A program made the position numbers and the translations under genes. A DNA stretch of 64,000 nucleotides from Amoebidium appalachense. Lineage: Eukaryota > Protista > Ichthyosporea. This document shows, in pieces, positions 59,721 through 64,000 of this stretch. Numbering within the stretch: the first letter of the stretch is position 1; each line of letters opens with the position of its first letter. The DNA lies in the NCBI GenBank assembly GCA_963693365.1, contig CAVNZM010000013.1, positions 6,710,713-6,774,712 of the forward strand, in the 5' to 3' direction. Below the pieces are notes generated by a model. The model made no database searches and was not told the origin of the DNA. It saw only the letters and a list, made by a program, of their open reading frames with translations.

Positions 59721-62351
59721 ATACTTCGCTTGATTCATCAAGCTCTATTTAGAGATGTATTTAGGCTAACTGATTGGTTGGAATAGGGTTCCAACAATCA
59801 GTGGCCACTAGGGAGCCGACTATGGTATATAGGCGGCGACTCGTTCTACTCGTCTTAGCTTTGTTTCCCCGTCGGCCCCTACTTAGCTGTAGAGGGCCGA
59901 CAGACGGCAGGAGGCTCGGCTTAGCTCGGTAGGGCGGCGTGGCGCCCGGGTAGCAGTTGTGGAGCGTAATTAGCAGTGGTGGGTAAATCTAAATAGATAG
60001 CTATTTGCGTAGGGGTGAGCTGCACCCACGGCCTGAGGGCCACTGGGCTGCGGCCCTTTCTAGTTAGGTTCTACGAGCGCGCGTAGTGTTGTAGATAAAC
60101 TGTTTGCGAGCGCGCGTAGTGCTGCAGACAGGTGTAGTGTCTCAATTTCTTCGAAGGCAGGATGGGAGATGCAAGTGATGCATCCCAACTGCCATTGTAT
60201 CAGAGAGTTCGTGCCTGTGTAGATGAGTGGGAGCGTGGGGGTGCGTCTAAAGAAGTTTTGTTCTGGATTAAGTACGGCATCACACCAGAATGGAAGAGTG
60301 CGCGTCCTGCCCCTTTTGATGCAGGTGGCTATCTGGATATCGGCGAAGTTTCAAAGGCAGAAGCGGCAGTGGAAGTTGAACGGTTAGTGAGTAAGGGGGC
60401 CCTCGAGACAGTGCCTGAAAGCGCAAAATGGTGTGTTTCGAAGTCTTTTGGGCTGCGGAAGCCCAACGGAAACGTCCGGCTCATTATTGATATGCGTCCT
60501 GTGAATGAATACGCCGTCGCACGTGGTATCAAGTACGAAACCCTCAGCGATTTGCGGGCGCTCGCGCAGCCGGGTGACCACGCTTTCAGTTTCGACCTCG
60601 AAGACGGATATTTTGCACTAGCCATTCAACCCGGTTCCGCAAGTATTTCCAAATTCGTGTGGGGGGACAACTCTTCCAGTACACGGTGCTTCCCTTCGGT
60701 TACTCCCTCAGTCCCTACTTTTTCATGCGCCTTATGCGCGAGTTCGCGCGTCGGTTACGTGCACGCGGCATCCGTTCGTTGGTTTTCCTCGATGACTGGG
60801 CCATCTTCGAACAGGCGGCACGGGCACTCGACACACGCGGGGTGGTGGAGCAGGAATTGAAAGTCACCGGCCTTACGAAGCATCCGAATAAGGCTCATTG
60901 GGACCCAGTGAGTGCCCTCGACCATTTAGGCATCCACATAAATTTGGAGGAAGGGTATTTGTCTCCCACATTGGCGTCTTTGGAAAAATTATCGGGGGAA
61001 ACACGTTCTTTAATGGCTAAGGCGCGCAAAGGACGGCGGTGGGTGGAAAAGAAGCAGGTGGCTAGATGGCTAGGGTTGGTTGTTAGTTTGCGTGCGGCGG
61101 TGCCTCATGTACTCACGGTTGTCCGGCCGGTGTATGGTGCTCTACGCGGCGGGAACTGGCGTAGCTTTGTGCGGTTAACGGGTCGGCAGCTACGCATTAT
61201 CGGTAAAACCATGGGTATAATAGGTCGGCTTCCCCGCACGGAAATCTGGCCTGAGCCTATCACGGCCACTCTCATCACAGATGCTGCCACCTCACACGGG
61301 TGGGGGGCAGTACTACAGTTGGGCCTACCAACCCCGCAGGTTGTGGAGGCTTTCGGTCGTTGGGCGGAGAGCGATGCACCGCGGGCGGCTGCAGTGGCGG
61401 AGTGCGAGGGCCTACTCGAGGCCTACCGCAGGCCCGAAATGCAGGCCCTAATCCAACGTCAGCGCGTACGCTGGCAGTCAGACGCCCAGGCCGCGTTGGG
61501 CGCGGTGCGCAAAAAGGGCAGCAGCAGCCCCGCCATGCAGCGAGTGCTATAGCAACTGCTGCAGTTGTGTTTGGAAAAGGGGGCTCCCCTGGCCCCAAGA
61601 GCTGTCATACATTCCGGGCGAAGTGAACGACCGTGCGGATTGGTTGTCGCGGATTGATCCCCGCCACGAGTGGTCGGTTACCCCTGCGGGGGTCGAGCGT
61701 ATCGAGCAGACACTCGGATTGCACACGGCGGTGGATCGGTTTGCTACACCCGTGACAGCAGTCAAACCCACGTTTCACACATGGACCGCGGTGGTCCCCG
61801 TGAGCGGTGGGCAGGACGGGCTTGCCGCCGCATGGCAGGCCCCCAGCTGGTGGGCGCCACCGTTTCCGTTGATCAAGCGGACAGTGGCTAAGATTCAGCG
61901 GGAATATGCGCAGGGAATATTAGTGGTCCCGGTGTGGGACACCGCCTTATGGTGGCCAGTGGTGCAAGGGATGGCACAGGCCCACACGGACCTAGCCCCC
62001 GAAGAAGTGGTGTTTCCGGTCGGTGTCCGGTCTTGGCGAATGCGTGCCTTCCTATTGGACGGCAGCACCCGCCCCCCTTCATGATTGGATGAAAATCACT
62101 CGCCGCGCCGCTCCTGCCATCCAGCTTTGTGTATTATTTCTGTAAAATAAGAATGTGGTCGCAGATAGCAACAACATATCTAAATACTTCGCTTGATGAA
62201 TCAAGCTCTATTTAGAGATGTATTTAGGCCAACTGATTGGTTGGAATAGGGTTCCAACAATCAGTGGTAGGCTAGGGAGCCGACTATGGTATATAGGCGG
62301 CGACTCGTTCTACTCGTCTTAGCTTTGTTTCCCCGTCGGCCCCTACTTAGC
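59721..62351 (+). mobile_element. DIRS-superfamily retroelement (RT-RNaseH-MT), degenerate, with about 167 bp direct terminal repeats
   Basis: Direct repeats at 59721-59887 and 62184-62351 flank a pol-like reading frame. No gag or tyrosine recombinase seen. Confidence 0.8.
60162..62084 (+). pseudogene. DIRS-type pol: reverse transcriptase, RNase H and Dam-like methyltransferase domain
   Basis: RLIIDMRPVN, FDLEDGYF, LPFGYSLSP, VFLDD (RT); ITDAA..GWGAV, WQSD, N.RADWLSR (RNase H); VDRFAT, WAPPF, LVVPVW (MT). Two frameshifts and a stop at about 61550. Confidence 0.85.
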
Positions 62352-62478
62352 CCCACCCACCCGCCCGCGCTGTGTTGCATTTCCCCGTCTTTTAGCTAGT
62401 CTCTTGCTGATTGGCTACGGCACACACACACACACAGACACACACCCACACATGCACACATACATGTACACACACACA

Positions 62479-62560
<82 letters not shown>

Positions 62561-63577
62561 ACACAAACACACGCCCACGCATTGAGGGTAGTGGAGGGGG
62601 AGGATAGGGTAGAGGGGTTTTCTTCGTGCGGTGTGTTTATTTGAATTTTGTTCGTAGAGAGGCAGTGCATGCCATGGTATGTGTACGTTTCTGATGATCG
62701 TGTCCAGTGGGCACTTGGCTGAGCCGAGCCAATAAGCAAATCGAAGTAACAACAACATTACATCATATAGGCGGATGCATAATCCCCCATGAACAAAAGA
62801 AGGGTCCCCCTGGTACAGGTAGGAAGGAGCAAATTTCTCAATGGCAACAAGAACAAGTTAAAAAGGCTAAAGCCGTCAACAGAATGATGTTTCTCCACAT
62901 GAGTACATATATTCACATTTACTACAGATGATATAAAATTTAAGTTTCTTAATAATCAAATTGTATTAAATTGCGCAGCAGACTCTATGAGTGGTGAAGA
63001 GTTTTCAAATGCAACAACGTCAACTTATTAGCTCAAGAATATTTTAGCACGAATGAAATGTGAAGAAAAAAAAAAAAAAAAAAAAGTGAACTTCGGATAT
63101 GCTTTACGGTAAGGTTAAGGGAGACGTCTTCAGGAGTGTTACGTTATCCTCTTGGGCGTATAAAAGCACACCACATGAGCACAAATCGTGCATGGCCCCA
63201 TGATCATTTGTTTTTTCCTCGTTTCTCGTTCCGTTTCTTCCCTGTTGACGATAACTGAATGTAAGATCGAAACGGTTCTCCATAACCCCATATTTAGCTT
63301 CACTTTCCATTCTAAGAAAACAGTTAGTAAGCTTCTTTTCCTGCGGTAAACACACGTGTTTTGCCTGCCCCTAATTTCGGAACATCCGTTCTTCACTTGG
63401 GTTGGTTTCTTTTGGACTGCAACCGGAAGAGCTTTCAAGCTCTTCCTTTTTTTTATCTTCAAACGGTTCCGTCTTTTTATTTTCTTCTTTCTGTATTGTT
63501 CCCCTACTCATATAGCGCACAATATATAAACGTTTTACAGTGGGCACACCTAAGATTCTGTACCACAAACACTGAAA

Positions 63578-64000
63578 ATGGGTCTGAAACCATCGTTTCC
63601 CCTGCTATTTCTAGCCTTCTTCTTTGCAGAGGGTTTACACCTTAAGGAAAAACATGACGATCTCTCTGTTTCTGTTCTCGAAACAGAGCACGCACACGAA
63701 AGATCGAAAAGACAGCTACCCAAATTGCTGGCAGGGGGCCTAACTGAGGCCTTCCAAGGATCTTTCTCCTCACGTGTTTTGCCTTACTGCAACATCACCG
63801 CAAGCAGTGGGCAAGATGCATGTTCGTGGGACAATCTAACCTCTGCGGAGACCCACATACAGGTGACGGCAAACGGGACGGGTTGTTTGGACCCTGATGC
63901 ACCCTACTACTTTAACGTGTACAAGGGGTCGAAAGAGAATCTGTTGATTTATTTTCACGGTGGCGGCGCTTGTTGGTCCGACTCGCCTATGTCTGTTGGT
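63578..64000 (+). CDS. Secreted pectinacetylesterase/Notum-family hydrolase (5' part, runs off window)
   Basis: Exon 1 encodes a signal-peptide-like MGLKPSFPLLFLAFFFAE. Phase-compatible intron 63633-63686. Exon 2 contains NLLIYFHGGGACW. Confidence 0.72.
   Translation, partial: MGLKPSFPLLFLAFFFAEGLHLKEKHDDLSVSVLETEHAHERSKRQLPKLLAGGLTEAFQGSFSSRVLPYCNITASSGQDACSWDNLTSAETHIQVTANGTGCLDPDAPYYFNVYKGSKENLLIYFHGGGACWSDSPMSVG

Overview
Eukaryotic genomic DNA in two sharply different compartments. (1) About 1-17,625 is the right-hand end of a gene-dense, apparently intronless, virus-like or plasmid-like element. It encodes a Fic protein, a patatin, a PD-(D/E)XK nuclease fused to a winged-helix-like tail, three C2H2 zinc-finger proteins, two D5/SF3-type helicases plus a truncated paralog, and coiled-coil ORFs. 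Each helicase gene is followed directly by its own array of inverted short repeats, resembling a SaPI/PICI rep-ori module. The element also holds a TTAGGG-containing 21-22 bp tandem array and ~195 bp inverted repeats. It ends in a near-perfect 384 bp GC-rich palindrome with a 1-nt centre, exactly at the junction with host-type DNA, which suggests a hairpin-telomere replicon fused to or inserted in a chromosome. No capsid, polymerase or integrase gene is visible in this window. (2) About 17.6-64 kb is intron-rich host DNA full of (CA)n/(GT)n and poly-G/poly-C tracts. It contains argininosuccinate synthase, a multi-exon C2H2 zinc-finger gene, MCMBP, UAP1 and the start of a secreted pectinacetylesterase/Notum-like gene. 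It also contains a TA-flanked Tc1/mariner-like TIR element, a MITE-like element and a degenerate DIRS-type retroelement. All calls come from reading the sequence by eye; no database searches were run.
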